In this document: piece after piece, positions 1 through 15,300 of the stretch
Numbering within the stretch: position 1 is the stretch's first letter
Layout: the number at the start of each line of letters is the position of its first letter
Source of the DNA: Oopsacas minuta
Lineage: Eukaryota; Animalia; Porifera
Direction: 5' to 3'
Length of the DNA stretch: 64,000 bases
Assembly: GCA_024704765.1 (NCBI GenBank)
Contig: JAKMXF010000334.1
Location: forward strand, 62,001 to 126,000
Translations under genes and position numbers: made by a program
The notes under the pieces: model-generated
What the model was told of the DNA's origin: nothing
Databases searched by the model: none
Seen by the model: the letters and a program-made list of their open reading frames with translations, nothing else

Positions 1-1065
1 GTAGTAGCCCCAGAATATACGCCCACTAGAATATGCCTCTCGGGGTTATATTCTGGGCTTACCCACTTCATACCAGTGTATATTTGAGGACGGGGTATAA
101 TCTCGGCTGTTACACCAGAAAGATCTATCATGATCAGTATTGGCGCCCACTAAACTACCACTTAGTTATGACTGTCCATAAATCTGTTCTAAGTATAATA
201 AGTGAATGGAAATCCCTAAAGAGACCTTCCATACAGCCTGGCCAGTTATGGATGCCACAACTGGCCCGAGCCGGACAAGTTATGGGCCGGGCCAGTTGTA
301 TCATAACAGAGCCCTGATGTTTACTCTAATTAGGTTTGACCTGGTCAGAGATAATTAGGCTCGCATGGCCCTGGAAATGCTCATTCAATCAATAAATAAT
401 GAATGAGTTTGCCTTGTTGAGCAACAGTATTGGACATGCATATTCAATATTGGCAACACTAAGAATATATACTCAGGACATTAAAGTAGTGTGCTTCAAA
501 GAGCGACGCTCCTACTTGTTTGTAAACAATTTACAAATTTCATGGTTATTCTGAATTTCAATATTAGGTTCAGTGTTGCAATAATGAATATGTTTGCTGT
601 ATCCAATTCTGTTGTTTGATCTAAACCATATTCTTGATTGAATGAGCATTTCTTTTTAAGACAATTATTCGCTCCATCCTCCCTGAGTGTTGTTGGGAAT
701 GTTTGACTCCCAAACTTTCATTTTGCCAGAGAAATGGTTCTGTCATAGATACAAATAGCCGAAATCTATAAGAGTGGAATTTCCTTAAGTTGCAAGTAAG
801 TGTATACCTTTTACAAACACTTTCAGTAAATTTGTATGTTGGCATACAATTCTACTCAGTTCACTTCATAAGGTGTGTGTTTATGTATAAAATAGAAGCT
901 GGCTTATTTATTGTAAACGATTATAAATTGATAACAAATCTAAGAACAGCAAAAATTGAGGCAAAATTGTTTGATCAGAGATAATGCGATAATCCTGAAT
1001 TATTGCGCTTTTTGCTAAGTTGAAGTTGCCTGGTCTTGCACTGCGAGTTTTGAAGGGAAGAATTC

Positions 1066-1386
1066 TCAATATACTGTGTTCCCCTTCTTCAACTCCATCT
1101 TGTAGAAAAGTATATCTCTTCTATATTGAATTCTCTCATCTTCCAATTCCTTCTTTACCCTCTCCAATTCAGTTATTTCCTGTGTAAGACGATTTAGTTG
1201 CTGTTTCAAAGAAGCTTTGTTGATTTTGTAATATTTTCTTCTATTCTTTATATCCAATTTCTCTTTTTGTGTCATATTCGCTTTGAAAATGAGTTCATTT
1301 AACTCAGGAATAGGCATTTCGCAAATATGCTCCATTGAGTAACTCATTTGATTAATGTCAATTGATTCGTATGTTGAATATTCCAT
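1066..1386 (-). CDS. Small Maf-like bZIP protein (106 aa), intronless, degenerate basic region
   Basis: ORF-track start 1401 is TTG; first ATG is at 1386. EMPIPELNELIFKANMTQKEKLDIKNRRK resembles the Maf extended homology region (xVRELNxxL...LKQRRR), followed by a heptad zipper LTQEITELERVKKELEDERIQYRRDILFYK. Confidence 0.7.
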   Translation of the reverse strand: MEYSTYESIDINQMSYSMEHICEMPIPELNELIFKANMTQKEKLDIKNRRKYYKINKASLKQQLNRLTQEITELERVKKELEDERIQYRRDILFYKMELKKGNTVY

Positions 1387-3344
1387 TATATTTATTTTCA
1401 ATTTATTTATTTACTTGTTTGTTGTTTTGTTTATTTTCTCAGTTGCTATTTATATTAACTCAAATGTTAAATTCGCTTAGAATGTATTTTCTTTCCAGAT
1501 TCACTATTAAGAGTTAAGTTCCTTAATTAATTACCAGAATTCCATTACTTTCAATATTATCATAACCCTAATAGAAAGTGCTTAATACTGTACTCAGAAT
1601 TGTTGGATAGATTTAGACACGTGATACGTGAGCCTCTCTTCCATAAAAATACTTTCAATAATCTATGAATACAAATTCACAGCTTTCACGACATTTAACT
1701 TCTAAGCATATCTTTTGTTTATTTTGAGATCTTACACGATTGATCGGGGATTTTGTATTAATTCACATTTATTATGATAAATTCTAATTTTTGAGGATTA
1801 TTTCTTTGGAATTTTTGTTTGATTTAACCAACTTTGTGATTTGTATACAGGACATGATACATGTCTGATGATATACCGGTAGTATGCAATCTAGCATTTT
1901 CTATTCGAAATGTATTTCCCTACAAACAACTGGGTAATGTACAAGTATGCATTTGAAGATACTTCACGAAGAACTGAAAATATTATTGTCAAATGGTTCA
2001 TGCGCGCAGCTTCTGGTTGTCAACTGTAGCTGTAGCGAATATTTGGACAGATTTCACCTTTTTGGACGTATTACTTTAAGATTAAGAGATTATATTTTCG
2101 ACAAAATTTCCCTATTGGATCTTGCGCTTTTACGCTTAAATTTGTTACTTGCAATGGCCAATGGGTCAAGAAGGGCTCTAAGTACATGTCGACGCCCTCT
2201 CATAAACGTCTTAGTCCGACTATACCCTAACAAGGAAAGATAGAATGCATAGACCCAAACCTATCACTTCCATATGCTGGTTATCATACCATTTACGGTA
2301 TATTGCAAATATACACAAGTAAGAATAATTGTTGCTTTGAAATATTACCCTACCTTAACATTGAGTGGAAATTCAAATATTTTTTAGGAATATTTCGAAT
2401 TTTTAAAATTTTGTAATACAAGCTATCGCTACAAATGGCTGATCACTTAGGGTGTATGAGAATGACCTAAGGTAACATACGTTTTCTTCAGAGGTTTGTG
2501 CTTTACATTCCCTACTCTCCAACCTTTTCTATTGAAAAATAATTGGCAGAATGTACACGATAGCTTACAAATTTTCAATCCTCTTTCGAAAGCTATTCCA
2601 AATCATGTAATCAACAAGCCAAGTCCTCCTTCTAAAATGAGCATATCATCAAAGAGGGTATAATTACCAAGAAATATTTTACAAATTAGAGAAGTTATGA
2701 GACTGTTTTTCCATGTCTATTACTGGAATCTGAAAACATTTTCAATTACAAATAGCTTTCATAATGCCTTATCTTCCTAGAATTTTGTTGATGACATTAC
2801 TGTAATCCAGCAAATTACTTTCCTTGGGTACATCACTATTCTCCACATACTCTCATTGTAACTTGTCCAGATATTATTGTTCCATTATTTTCACGCTGGT
2901 GTTCAAATTTTAACAATTGGTTGTATTGTAGCATATCTTGATATGTAAGATTTTCGCATAGAAGCCTAGAATTTCTTATGGGTGGATTCCCAAGGCAAGT
3001 TTGTTTAAGTAAGGCAAGTAAAAAAGTGTTAAATATGAAAGAGAATTATTTCTTTTTCCCAGGAGATTGACGAAGATCTTAATCTATATCAATTCCTGTG
3101 AGGTAATGGGAGTGTTTTTGTAAAAGAACAGATAATATTATCTAATAACTGTTGTACGTACTCAATTCTGCAAGGCAACACTACCTCAGCATCATAATTA
3201 TATTCTATAATTATATAGGAAAAATTGATTTTAGAGAAATTGATTATTTTGCATGTTTGCTTAATCCCCATTTTATGAACATAAACTCCAATTTGCTGAA
3301 TAATATTCTATATATAAAGATAATGAGTAATTGTTTTGCTATAG

Positions 3345-6300
3345 GAAAGCCACATAAATTTACTATCAGATGCTTGCAGAGTTGTAAAGCTTTCAGATCC
3401 ATCTTTGAGGTACACTGATGTTACATTACCTTTCGTATTATAATTCCAGAATTATTATTTATTATTCACCCAATCATTTAGTATGTTTGGAGATATTCAT
3501 GCGATACATGTACTTGTATTTTACCCTTCCTTACCTAGAATACTATCCCTACACAAGGAAGTGCATGTGTTTTTAGCATAGTTATCGTGATTTTAGTGAT
3601 TTAGTTTTTCGGATTTATTCTCAGCAACTTGCTGTGTGTAGGGTTATTCCCTCATGATTGTAATCAATAATAGTTAAGTTATATATTTTATATATCTCCA
3701 CGAGGGCTCCCGTAAGTAAATGCTCACCTCTTCCAAATTCCTGGCGACGCTACTCACCCTAGCCACACCCAAGTTAACCTGTTTGTTCAAGTTTATTCAA
3801 GCTCAGACAAGTTTGGCCAGGTTGATCAATTTCGGTCAAATTGACTATAGAATTTCAAAAACTTAAAATATCTATATTCCAAAGTTTGGTAATATATCAC
3901 AGCTGCTGTAGGGTAGTTATCGAACCTCCAAAATCCAGACATCTTAGACGTATTTCATTATCCAAATACGTTTCTTAATCCATATACAAGAATACCTAGT
4001 AAAATACATGTGGCAATTACCAGATAGGAAATTTCCACTGTAAGTATGTACAGTAGATTCTCCCAAAACGGACACTCCGAGAAGCGGAGAATCCCTCTAC
4101 AATAGATAAACCTCCTGGGACGGAATGAATTAGCAATCATATATGTAATATTTTAGCAGTCTCCGAGGAGCGGACAACTCCCTAAAATGGACAGAAGCGA
4201 TCTCCCCTATGTATGTCTATTATTCGGGGACTCTACTTACTGTCTGTATGAACTGATTAGAAATACTTTCTTTTTTTGGGATACATTTATTTCTCAGAAA
4301 TACGTGCAAGTCAAATTCACGAACTTTTTTTGGAATGAAGCATTCCAATCTCATAACATTAATATTGATAATCTAACATAGATGTTCCCATTTCATCGTA
4401 CTCATGAGATATACAATAGTGCTTTTTACCATTCACAATCTTTCATTAATTTCTAATCTCTCGTAATGTGCAATATTATTTTTGTCCACTTTGATTATGG
4501 AAAAAACTTCGTTTCTACGGCTAACTTGTCATGATTATGTAGAATCCTTTATAATGAAGACATATTATGATGCGTTTCACTAATGAGAATATCTATTAGA
4601 TATTATTTAATGCAAATTACAATTCATAAGCTAAGCGTAAATCTACTTTCATATTGGATATGCTGGTATATTGAAAAATTATCTGATTTCGTAAAGTTGT
4701 GTTACATACAATCTGTGTTCGGTAAACGCTCCGCTACACTTTAATCGGATTTTGTGGTCTTTAAAATGCTTGTACGAAAACTGAAAAATCGGTATTTATT
4801 TCCAAAATTTAAAATGTTGTCTTTTGGAAACGGGTATATATTCTTTATTAAGGTGCAACAACGGATGATTTCCTATTAACTCTGGTTAGAAGTACGTACA
4901 CTATTACATTTATCAGAACTGTTTTTCTATAATTATCACAGAAATTCATACTACGTATACCAGTCAATTCTTTTCAAAATCTGGAATTAGCCTTACATCA
5001 AGATTCAAGATTCCTTTATATTTGTTCATACTGTACAGTATTTATGAATTGTTGTATAAAAAGAGACTTTAGCCCCCCCCTGGATCCGCACCTGAGAAAG
5101 AAGAGAGTTTTATGGAAAATTTGCCCTACTTTTGTCGTATGTCATCTGACGGACAGCCAGCCGTGGATTTTCTTAACAATACGATCGCATGCTTACAATG
5201 TATTATTTTTGTACCCTGTGACTTGTTTAAATTATTATAAATCAGAAAAATAGATATTTCAATTCAGAATTATAATGAGAAATTTTTTTGTAGAGAGGAA
5301 ATAGTTGCTAAGTTCATAGAATTACAATTATTCGAGTACCAAATGCTTTACAAAGAGAACCAGGAAGTGAGTTACAATTATTACATATTTTACATTCCAT
5401 TACATGAGTATTTGTCGATTATTTGATACAACGATGTGATTTTGGCTATTACGGTAAACTAATACTTTCATATACACAGTTATGATTGAAGAAGTATAGC
5501 TATAAGTACCACATTGAAAGACATTTCAGAATATTTCAATATACAAAGTAATATTCTAAGTTACAACATATAACCGCAATTATATGTTCGAATATTACAG
5601 CTGTAGCAATCTTATGGAAACAGCTGTAAATAGAAATTAATCATATTTTCCGCAAATTAGCTCTAGTTTTACTTTATTGAACTTTTAAATAATTATTTTC
5701 AATTTGTGATTATTCAATACAGGAAATGAAAATCGATATAATTCCAACATATGCTTTATTGGAGTAAATAAATCCTCTTATAATATAAATATATCAAAAT
5801 ACACCGAAAAACAAACGATTTGATGTATTTTTTTCCTTGAATTATTCTAATAGAATTCTTGGTTGGATAAGATAGATAGACGTTTCTCATGGATGAGGAG
5901 AGAGATAGTAGAAATGGAGAAGATATTACCTCTTGTATTCCCGAGCGAATGGAATGTTCTACAAACTATGTGTCAAGAATTCTGTACAGTCACAAAGTAA
6001 ACAAAATATAGGATATTATGTCTAGTTATCCACCAGATGGAGTATTAGAAAACCTATTTAGTAATGTATAACTCGAATATGACGTACTTCTTTCCAACCA
6101 ATGATCTAGTTTCCATTCTCTTAATACAATATCTATTCGGGTAAAACAACACTGAAATAGTATCTTCGTATTAATATTTGTGTCCCTAACGAGTACGTCT
6201 TATCCTGTATATATTTAGGACTATCGCTAGGGGGGAAGGCCCTAGGCGTTGGATCTTAGGGGCGTCAGAGGGTCACTGGAAATCCTGCGACGGCCCTATG

Positions 6301-9300
6301 ACAACATATCAACTGTATTACCACCAATATTCCCTTAGAATTATTTTCGATTTCATACTAGGCTTGACTTGTTAGAACAGTTGAGACAAAGATCATCAGA
6401 TATAGAAGTTAAACTACTACTATTTGCTATACAGAAGACATCTGATTTTGAGAGACTACTTGCTCAGAGATTCAGCACTCCTGAAAGTGTATGTTCATTA
6501 ACGGAAGTTGGAGGCAGTGAATGTCATAATAATAATAACTTGGGAAACAAAACTAGTATTGACCGAATTTGGAGTTGCCGATTCTCATGGATTAGTTGAA
6601 AACTACTGCCCCTACTTGTTGCTACAGCGTTATATGATCAAATTTATATATCGAACTCTGAAAAAACCTGATGAAAATATCTCGCTCCAATGTATTATAA
6701 TCATTTTTAGAGAATATTGATTAAGTTGCAATATTATTATTATTTCACATAGGAATCCAAATCAGATGTATCCCCATTTATGGGATTAATTTCTAAGTGC
6801 TTTGAGAGTCATTTAGACGTATTTATTGGTGCTCAAGATAAGAATTTGGGTGAACTATTGGATGAGTTTATTGAAGAGATGAAACGTAAAGATTCGAAAA
6901 ATAAAGTAAGAATAATTACTTACGCTTCGTCAAATAGCTTATCGCTTATTGTAAATCATGATGTTCCTGTGATACCTATAAGGGCAATTGGAATGTAGCA
7001 TCTTGTTATTATTATATACATGCACGCTACGCTTGCTTGTACTGCCCAACTTGCGAACTCTTTGTATTTGCTCTTTTTGTATATCGGTTGCTTCGTAACT
7101 GCAATATAATTCCAAATTAGAGTTTGTTGTTAGAATCGAATTTAGTTGGCGAAAAATGTTATTTCCCTTTCCCCTAAGCCAGAGTTTCTCAACCCCTCAT
7201 AGGCTATAGCCACAATTTGTATCACACCCAAATCAACATGCTTGTTCAAGTTTGGTCAAGTTTGATAAAAATGTCCATGGAACTTCAACTTTTTTTGACC
7301 AAAATACGTCATTTGACCACATGTTGAGGTTGAGAAACCCCGCCCTTAGCCAATCAATTTGCATTCTCAGATAGAAATGATGAATTTTCGAATTTTTACA
7401 AACCACATAAGCCATAACTATTGTACTAATTTGTATCTAGGGATCTACTAGTACAGTATTCAGCTCATCAGGAGATTTATTCGTATTCTATAAAAAATGT
7501 TTAGTTCAATGTATTACTCTATCTACTGGTGTTCCATTGCTTCATCTCTCCAATGTATTCAAGAAATATCTGAAAGAATATGCTAACAGGATACTCATTA
7601 GCCAAATTCCTAAGTTAGTAATTACCGATTTATTTATTTAAGATTATTATAGATTAATTGTACTCAGTTATGCTGTAAAGACCTTGTATTCCACGTTTTT
7701 GCGTTTTTGTTATTCGCAAAGTGTTTTTACTCGATTAAAAAGTTAAAGTTACAAGTGTGAAAGTGATTTATCATATGATCAACCATTTTCATACCTTTTG
7801 GCATATACCTATTTTCAAAATGATACCAGAGACTTCGTTTAGTCAGAGTAATCTGGCATATAGATTCTGAGTTTTACATTTTCGATATATCTAGATGATT
7901 CGTCATATGATTAATCATATATTCTCGCTTTAAACTTTTATTTTGTCTGAACATTATGTAGGCTAGCAGTACCGAGTGTCGGAGGAATAAAGTTACTATT
8001 GAAAGAGAGTGAGAGAGATAATTTAACTAAAGAAGAGAGCATGCTAGTATGTGGAATATTATGTACAGCTGATTATTGTCTTGAAACTGCTCAACAGGCA
8101 AGTTCATTAGAATTAATAGTATTAACTAATATCAGAATAATAGAAGTTATTATTACACAAATTTACATATGACAATGTATTGGAAAAATAATTGTAAATA
8201 CGTATTACATTTGTGTGTTGAGACATTTATGTAACGGTCATTAGTATTTAGTGCAGCGTCAAATCACACTATATAAGTTTACCAAGTCTGACGTCAGTCA
8301 AAACTTGTTCTTATCCCTAAAAATTTTTAATTTTACGGTTTATTTATGTCGGTGGCGGTTATTTCTACGAGATCAGATTTGTATTATTAAAACCCTACCT
8401 CCTCAGTATAAAAAGTGACATTTCACTAATCTTGGAAAATGACCCTTCAACACTGAAAAATGTATTGAAAATCTCTCCTACATAAGAAAATTGTTCAAAA
8501 TTTTATCGCCATTAAATTCTCTTATCTCAAGTCTGGTATCATTAAGGGCTGAAAGACCTTGGAGATAGCCTCCTACGCCAAGGCTATTTCCGCCTCCATG
8601 TACCCCTCCCAACTGTTAATAATCTATATAGAGAGTTTGGAGTTTCCGCGAAAATTGAAATTTCCTAACCCTAGTTCAAACCTGTAATGAAACACGCAAT
8701 TTCTTCCTGAGTCCCTTTGTAATACTTACATATATAAACGTAATCATTGGAGTAGACGCTAATTATAATTACGTTGTATTATCAGTGAAATTAATTAATT
8801 AAGGAAATATTTTATGGACAATACTCAAGTAGGAAGTGACTTTCGCCACCAGCTTTTAAGTAATTCCGAATCGAAAATGCCCTTTCTCACTTACTCACGC
8901 TCTGTAGGTGTAGCAGAATTATATTTTCAATAATCATCATTTGTATAAGATTAAGTATGGATGATGTATTAACTTTTGGTTTGGAATTACTCCAGCATAA
9001 TTCCAGTATGATTATCGTTTGAGAAACACAAATCTTACGAATCACTTGTATTTTGCCTGAATTTATGGAAATACAATTTGATTGCGATATTAAAGTTTTC
9101 AATTTTAGTATTAAAATTTTGTTTACGTAATGTTATATATTATTTCATATTTTCATAAGAAAATAGACAATTAATAGTTAGATAAAGATGTCGGTTATTT
9201 GTCATTAGAATTTCAAAACGTCACAAATCATTTTTTGAGTACCTGGTAAGGAAATAACCTGACAACTTATTTGCTTCATATGGTTACGTTATTACTTTCA

Positions 9301-12300
9301 GTTACAGTATGCTCTGTTTAATAGAGGCACCAAACTTGATCAAACACGAAAACCATGGAAATAGTGTTAAATTACCCCGGTTAATCAGGTCATGCCCATA
9401 TTCATGGTTAATCAGGCCCAATGGCCTTGTCCCTATGTAGCTCTATTAATCGGGCGCGGGCTATACCGTTTTCACAGTACGATGCAACCTCGATTAACCG
9501 AACTCATCAGACCGGTCAAAATCGTTCGGATAATCTGATGGTCGAGGTCGTGAGTATATAATGGAATAGGAACTGCGGGCATGTTCGAATAATCACAGTT
9601 GCACTGTACTAATACAACTAATGAGTTTCATAAGTGTAGTAGAACTTTATAATGACAAATCTGTAGTGATATATTTACGGCTCTCATTACAATTTTTCCC
9701 CGTTCGATCAAATAATATTTCTGCTTTCCCAAAATAGTTATAAAATATCTCAGGAGTTATATGTTTATCTATGTGTTTAGCTTGAAGATAAACTGAAGGA
9801 GAAAATACAAAATGATTTACAAAGTCAAGTCAAATTTGCTGACGAATATGAAGTGTTTAACAAGTTAGAATTATTATTTATTTATCATTATATATACGAA
9901 TAATCACTTTTGAGGTAATGGGAGTTTCCCTTATTTTGCCTAACTAAGTTTATACTTTTTAGCATAATCACAACTTGTATACAGCTATTAGTACAAGATG
10001 CTGACAATGCTTGTTCTAACGCATTTCACCATATGATTAAAGTAAGTCAATATGTTTATTCCATTTTATTTTTATGTTAGTAATATGTACTATGGATAAT
10101 AAATGTTATTTTCTATATGTAGAAATCAAGATTACGTTGTGTTTCTTTACTTTTTCGGAGCCGTTCCATAGGCCAAACTTATTTTCGCGGACCCTTATCA
10201 CAAGCATCAGTAGTCCCTGTAGCCTAAACAGAGCATTAAAGGAGCGTGCTCCTATTTTTCGAAGTGGGAGAAGGAGCTAAAAGCGTTCTCCAAACAATGA
10301 GGTGCGCTTAAGAAGAATTTAAATATGATTCTGACAACCAAATCAAGGGATTAGTTATTTTCTGCTAGAATAGGGAAATATATATGTTAGAAATACAGGG
10401 ATTCCGAGACAAGTTATCCATAGAAAAAGTTAAAATAGGTTGGTAAGAGTCCCTGCAAGATAGAGTGTCGGTTCAGAAATTCCTGGTTAAACCCCTGAAC
10501 CAAATTTAATTGGAGGATAAATTACAGTTACGAGCAGCTGATATAAGTGTTATTTGGTATACGTCATTTAATAGCTATACGAGAGGTACCTGATGAGCTT
10601 TTGGCGGTCAGGAAGTATTCGATAGCAAGTGCTAGCAAGTGAAGAGTCCTTGTACCGTTGTTGTACGTATATCTTATGTTTAAATTATATTATTAGGATT
10701 ATTCGAATCGATTTAAGTATTGAAAAGATGTTTGGTATGTTTGTGATATATGCGTAGCCGGTACCCTTGTTACACAGGTATACAATTGTTATTTAGGGAG
10801 CTTTTAATAGATTAAATTAGTTACAGAAAATGTGTATGCAAAGATAGTACAATGAGAACTACAAATAATTTTGTTATCATTGGTAACTACAATGCCTGCA
10901 GGGTAGATTTTCTTGTATTCTTCCTGAGTATCTCCCAGTGTATGTAGCAGAACTCCTTCCTGAGTGAACACTTTTATGTTATTAGCACGACAGTCACTCA
11001 TTATAATATTCTGTTTCTTATCGAAACAGAATGAATGACATTGCATAACTTGTTCGTTGCCTTGCTCACTACATGAAATATATGAACGGAGCTTTTCACT
11101 AATTGGGCCAGCTCATAAGGATATTATATTAGTTGGGACTTTTGGGAATGATTGAAATCAAGGTTGAAACCGCTCGAACCGAATATCAGTATTCATAAAT
11201 GGTAGCCTAACCGAATACTGATAATATTGAGCTATTCGCCAAATATTTTTCGGTTGTAACCTTGAAATCAAACTCAGTTTATGTGGAGAACAAGCATTAG
11301 TTAATTAGCTATTGAATTTGGTTTGATCAGAAACTTGTTTCAGCTCCAGTTAACGTCCATCTAAGCATGCGGGTGGGCGGCTTTTTCATTATCATTATCT
11401 CATATTTTATGACGTTATCATAATGCAAAGTGGATAATTTGTGTAAATATGTAAATAACATTACTTCGAAATATGTAATTAATCCTCTGACCTCAGGTTG
11501 GGAGAAAACAAGCAGTTCTCCTCTATTTAATCAATTAAAATTCTCTTTCAAGCACAATTCGTTAGCGAACCCGTACCTTTCACTGGTGACTTGACTATGT
11601 AGTATGTACGGATGTACCAAAGCTCAAAGATATTCGCCAGCGAATCGTATCCTGTGTCCATAGACCCAAAAATTGAATCAAATTGCTGATTTTCCTCTTC
11701 AATTAATTGATGAACTCTTTTAAAACTACCATAAACTTTAAATGAAACTAAATAATACATATTTAAGGAATAAGTTATTGTATAATATTAGGAGGCTTAG
11801 TATTTTGTTACTTCCAATTAAATAATATGGTCATACAACTTCCAATGAATGTTTTCTACTGTTTGCTTATACGAAATTGACAAAACACGCTATCCTCCTT
11901 ATTGTTATATTTTCGAGGTATTTAAAGTATAGTGCTGTGTACATGTCCGTTTGGTACAATGCACACATCCTTTAGTTAGAATACACTACGCAACATTGTT
12001 CATATAATTTTTTCATTCAACAAAGTTGTAAGAAAATTTGTTTCTGGAATTTTGAAAGCACCATGTTTGGTAAGAGTTTCAACAATGTTGCAATAAACTT
12101 GTTGCATGGAATAGGAACATGTTCTATTTTCTATTTTCACGCAACATTGTCGCACCGTGTATGTTGCCCTGTTGCATGCAACATATACATCGTGTAGGGT
12201 AGCGGCCCACCCGTGGGTTTTAGACAAAAGTTATAAAGGGCACTTGAATAGTTCATAGAAATTCATGCAACATGCCATGCGAAATTTATAGACTATTAAA

Positions 12301-15300
12301 CTTTGCTCAGAGAATGGCAACACTGTCAATATCATACGTACAAATTTTAGACTCATGGGCCATGGCTTAGGAAGGAAACTCAATGAATCCATCGTTTGTA
12401 TGTTGCTAGACTTATTATGGAACCATAAGTAAAGCGTTGCCATTTCTTCTCGTATTTATATATTTGAAGTTAGTAATGTTATTAGGAGGCTAAGTGTTTC
12501 GTTACTTCGTTTATATTTTGAATATTTTAAGGAATACCTTCTAGAATTTACACTCACAACGAAATATGCAATCCTCCTTATTGCTATTTGTTACTTGTTG
12601 TCCCTTATCAACTCTAGATATTTAATTCAAACCATAGCTTATGGACAAACTTAGCACAACCCCAATTAATTCCAAAATTCAAAATATATTTGGTAAAGAA
12701 TATAGGTGATCATTTCCATTGAAATTTAATGCCATACACTGTTAAACTCGAAGATTATTTGCTGGAGTGTAAAAGACCACCATACACTAGGCAATATTGT
12801 TGCACTGTCTATTATCATGTTTCCTTGTTGCATTGTGTAAGGTGGGCTTAACTTTTAAGGCAGCAGTTCCCAACCTCGCGTTCATGGACCCCTCGGTGGT
12901 CCACGGGGGTAAGGTTGAGAACTGCTGTTGTAGGGAAACTGGGTATGAACAAACAATATCTGTACTTTTAACGGTTAGGACAAGTTTGGGACCAAAAATT
13001 GTACAATTTCAGACATCAATATAAGATATCCGTGTTAGATATAACGAAAATTGACTGTACTCTTTGTATTATGAGATATATACAAACAAACTAGTGGGCT
13101 GATACTTAATTAAGACAACTAAGTTAATTAACTATGTGGAAGATAACATTTTACCGATGAATTATACTTATTAATTGAAGAAAATAATATGGTAATATTA
13201 ACTAAACTAGACTAAGATATCATATTACAAACTAACAATTAAATCTACAGTTATGCCAGATAACTATTTCTGCCAATAAACAATTCATGAAACTACTGAT
13301 TTCTATGCAATAGCGTTATAGTTGTAGAGAAACTGGTTTAGATATGAAACCTATAAGAATCCACAAATGAACAATTGGATAAACATAATTCAACTCAAAT
13401 GCAATCGATTATGTGTATTTTCTTGGTGATTCTCTTTTTATTCGCGTTCCATTGCAACTGTTTGAACGCTAGTCTTAAGCTGAAAGTTGTCACGGTCGCT
13501 ACCGATGAAACGGACGGGTTAAAAAGGCTTCGACGCTCCGCTGAAGTATACGATCTTGACTTGACAGTCACTGGGCTTGGAATTGAATGGCAAGGAGGAG
13601 ATGTTGCGAGGTTCGCCGGTGGAGGCCATAAAGTAAATATCCTGAAAGAGAAGCTTGAAGAATGGAGAGACGAACCAAACACGGTTATAATGTTCACTGA
13701 TGCTTATGACGTCATCTTAACTGCAAATGCTGAAACAATTTTGAAGAAATTCCTAGAGTTTGAATGTAAATTAGTTTTCGCTGCAGAGCCATTTCTCTGG
13801 CCAGATTTAGGATTAGAACGATACTACCCACAAACCCGGCTTGGATATAAATACCTGAATTCCGGTGGTTTCATTGGTTACGCTCAGGACGTATGGAATA
13901 TAGTAAACGATAAACCGATCGGAAATGATGAAGATGATCAGCTGTTCTACTCGGTTATTTACGTTGATAAACGGGAACAGTATGATATGAGACTAGATCA
14001 TCGTAGCCATATATTCCAGAATTTAAATGGTGCTTTTGGTGACGTAGAATTAGAATTCAGAGACAATGATACGGTCCTATTGAACAAACTTTATCAAACT
14101 TATCCAGCCATGGTTCATGGCAACGGAGCCTCTAAAAATAACCTCAACAATCTAGGTAACTATCTGGCACAATCTTGGGTGAAAGAATTCGGTTGTGTAC
14201 ATTGTGACGAGAGTATAATTGAAAGTATAGATTTTAGTCCTGAAAATTCCCCTACTATTCAATTAGCGATATTCGTGGAAGGCCCTACACCTTTCTTAAC
14301 ATTATTTCTAGACAAGATATCTGAATTAAGCTACCCCAAAAAAAGCATTAGACTATTCCTACATAATAATTATGACTACCATTCAGGGACTTTGAATAAA
14401 TGGATAAAGGAAAACCATAAATTATACAAATCTTATTTAATTAAGAGTCCGCACGGTAAATTGGACGAGGCACAAGCTAAAAATACGTCGGTACACCAAT
14501 GTTTGGAGAAAAGCGAGTGCGAATATTTGTTTACAGTCAATTCAGATGCAATGTTAACGAATAAAGACATTATCCAGTTATTGATTCAAAGGAATCGTTC
14601 TATTATCGCTCCGTTGATTCGAATGCCTGGAAAATATTGGTCAAATTTCTGGGGACAAGTAGCACCAGATGGATTCTACGCACGGTCGTTTGACTATTTT
14701 GAAATCATCCAAGGCGACAGGAAAGGTATTTGGAATGCAGCATTTATCTCAACTGCTATTCTCTATAACCGTGAGGCACTAGAAAAAGGTTTGAACTTCG
14801 AAAGTCCAGATTTGTCCACGGATATGGCAGGGCCAGCATTTCTCAGAGAGAAAGGTAGATTCATGTATTCAGACAACCAGGAAGAATACGGTCATTTAAC
14901 TGATGCAACGAACTTTGATGTTACGAGGAGAAATCCAGACATGTACATGTTGTATGATAATAAGTTGGATTGGGAGACAGTGTATTTGCACGAGAATTAT
15001 TCAGGGAACTTTGAACCGGATGTAAACTACAGTATGCCTTGTCCAGATGTATATAATGTCCCGCTAGTCTCACCATTGTATTGTCAACACTTGATAGAAG
15101 AAATGGAGTTTTTTGGTAAATGGTCTGGTGGAGGACATAATGATGCAAGGCTTGCTGGGGGTTATGAAAATGTACCAACGGTTGATATACATATGAACCA
15201 GATCGGATACGAAAAACACTGGTTGACTATTATCAAAGATTACGTATTGCCTGTACAGGAGAAAATTTACGTTGGTTACTCATCCGATGGTAAAGCTATT

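Noticed and set aside
340-860. Possible decayed hAT transposase C-terminus on the - strand
   Set aside because: Only a vague resemblance across stops and frameshifts; not supportable without a profile search.
1861-3102. Possible + strand exons (MSDDIPVVCNLAFSIRNVFP..., GLCFTFPTLQPFLL..., NFVDDITVIQQ...), considered as VPS53 5' exons or another gene
   Set aside because: No convincing match to the VPS53 N-terminus; joining them needs ~20-nt introns; no recognisable domain.
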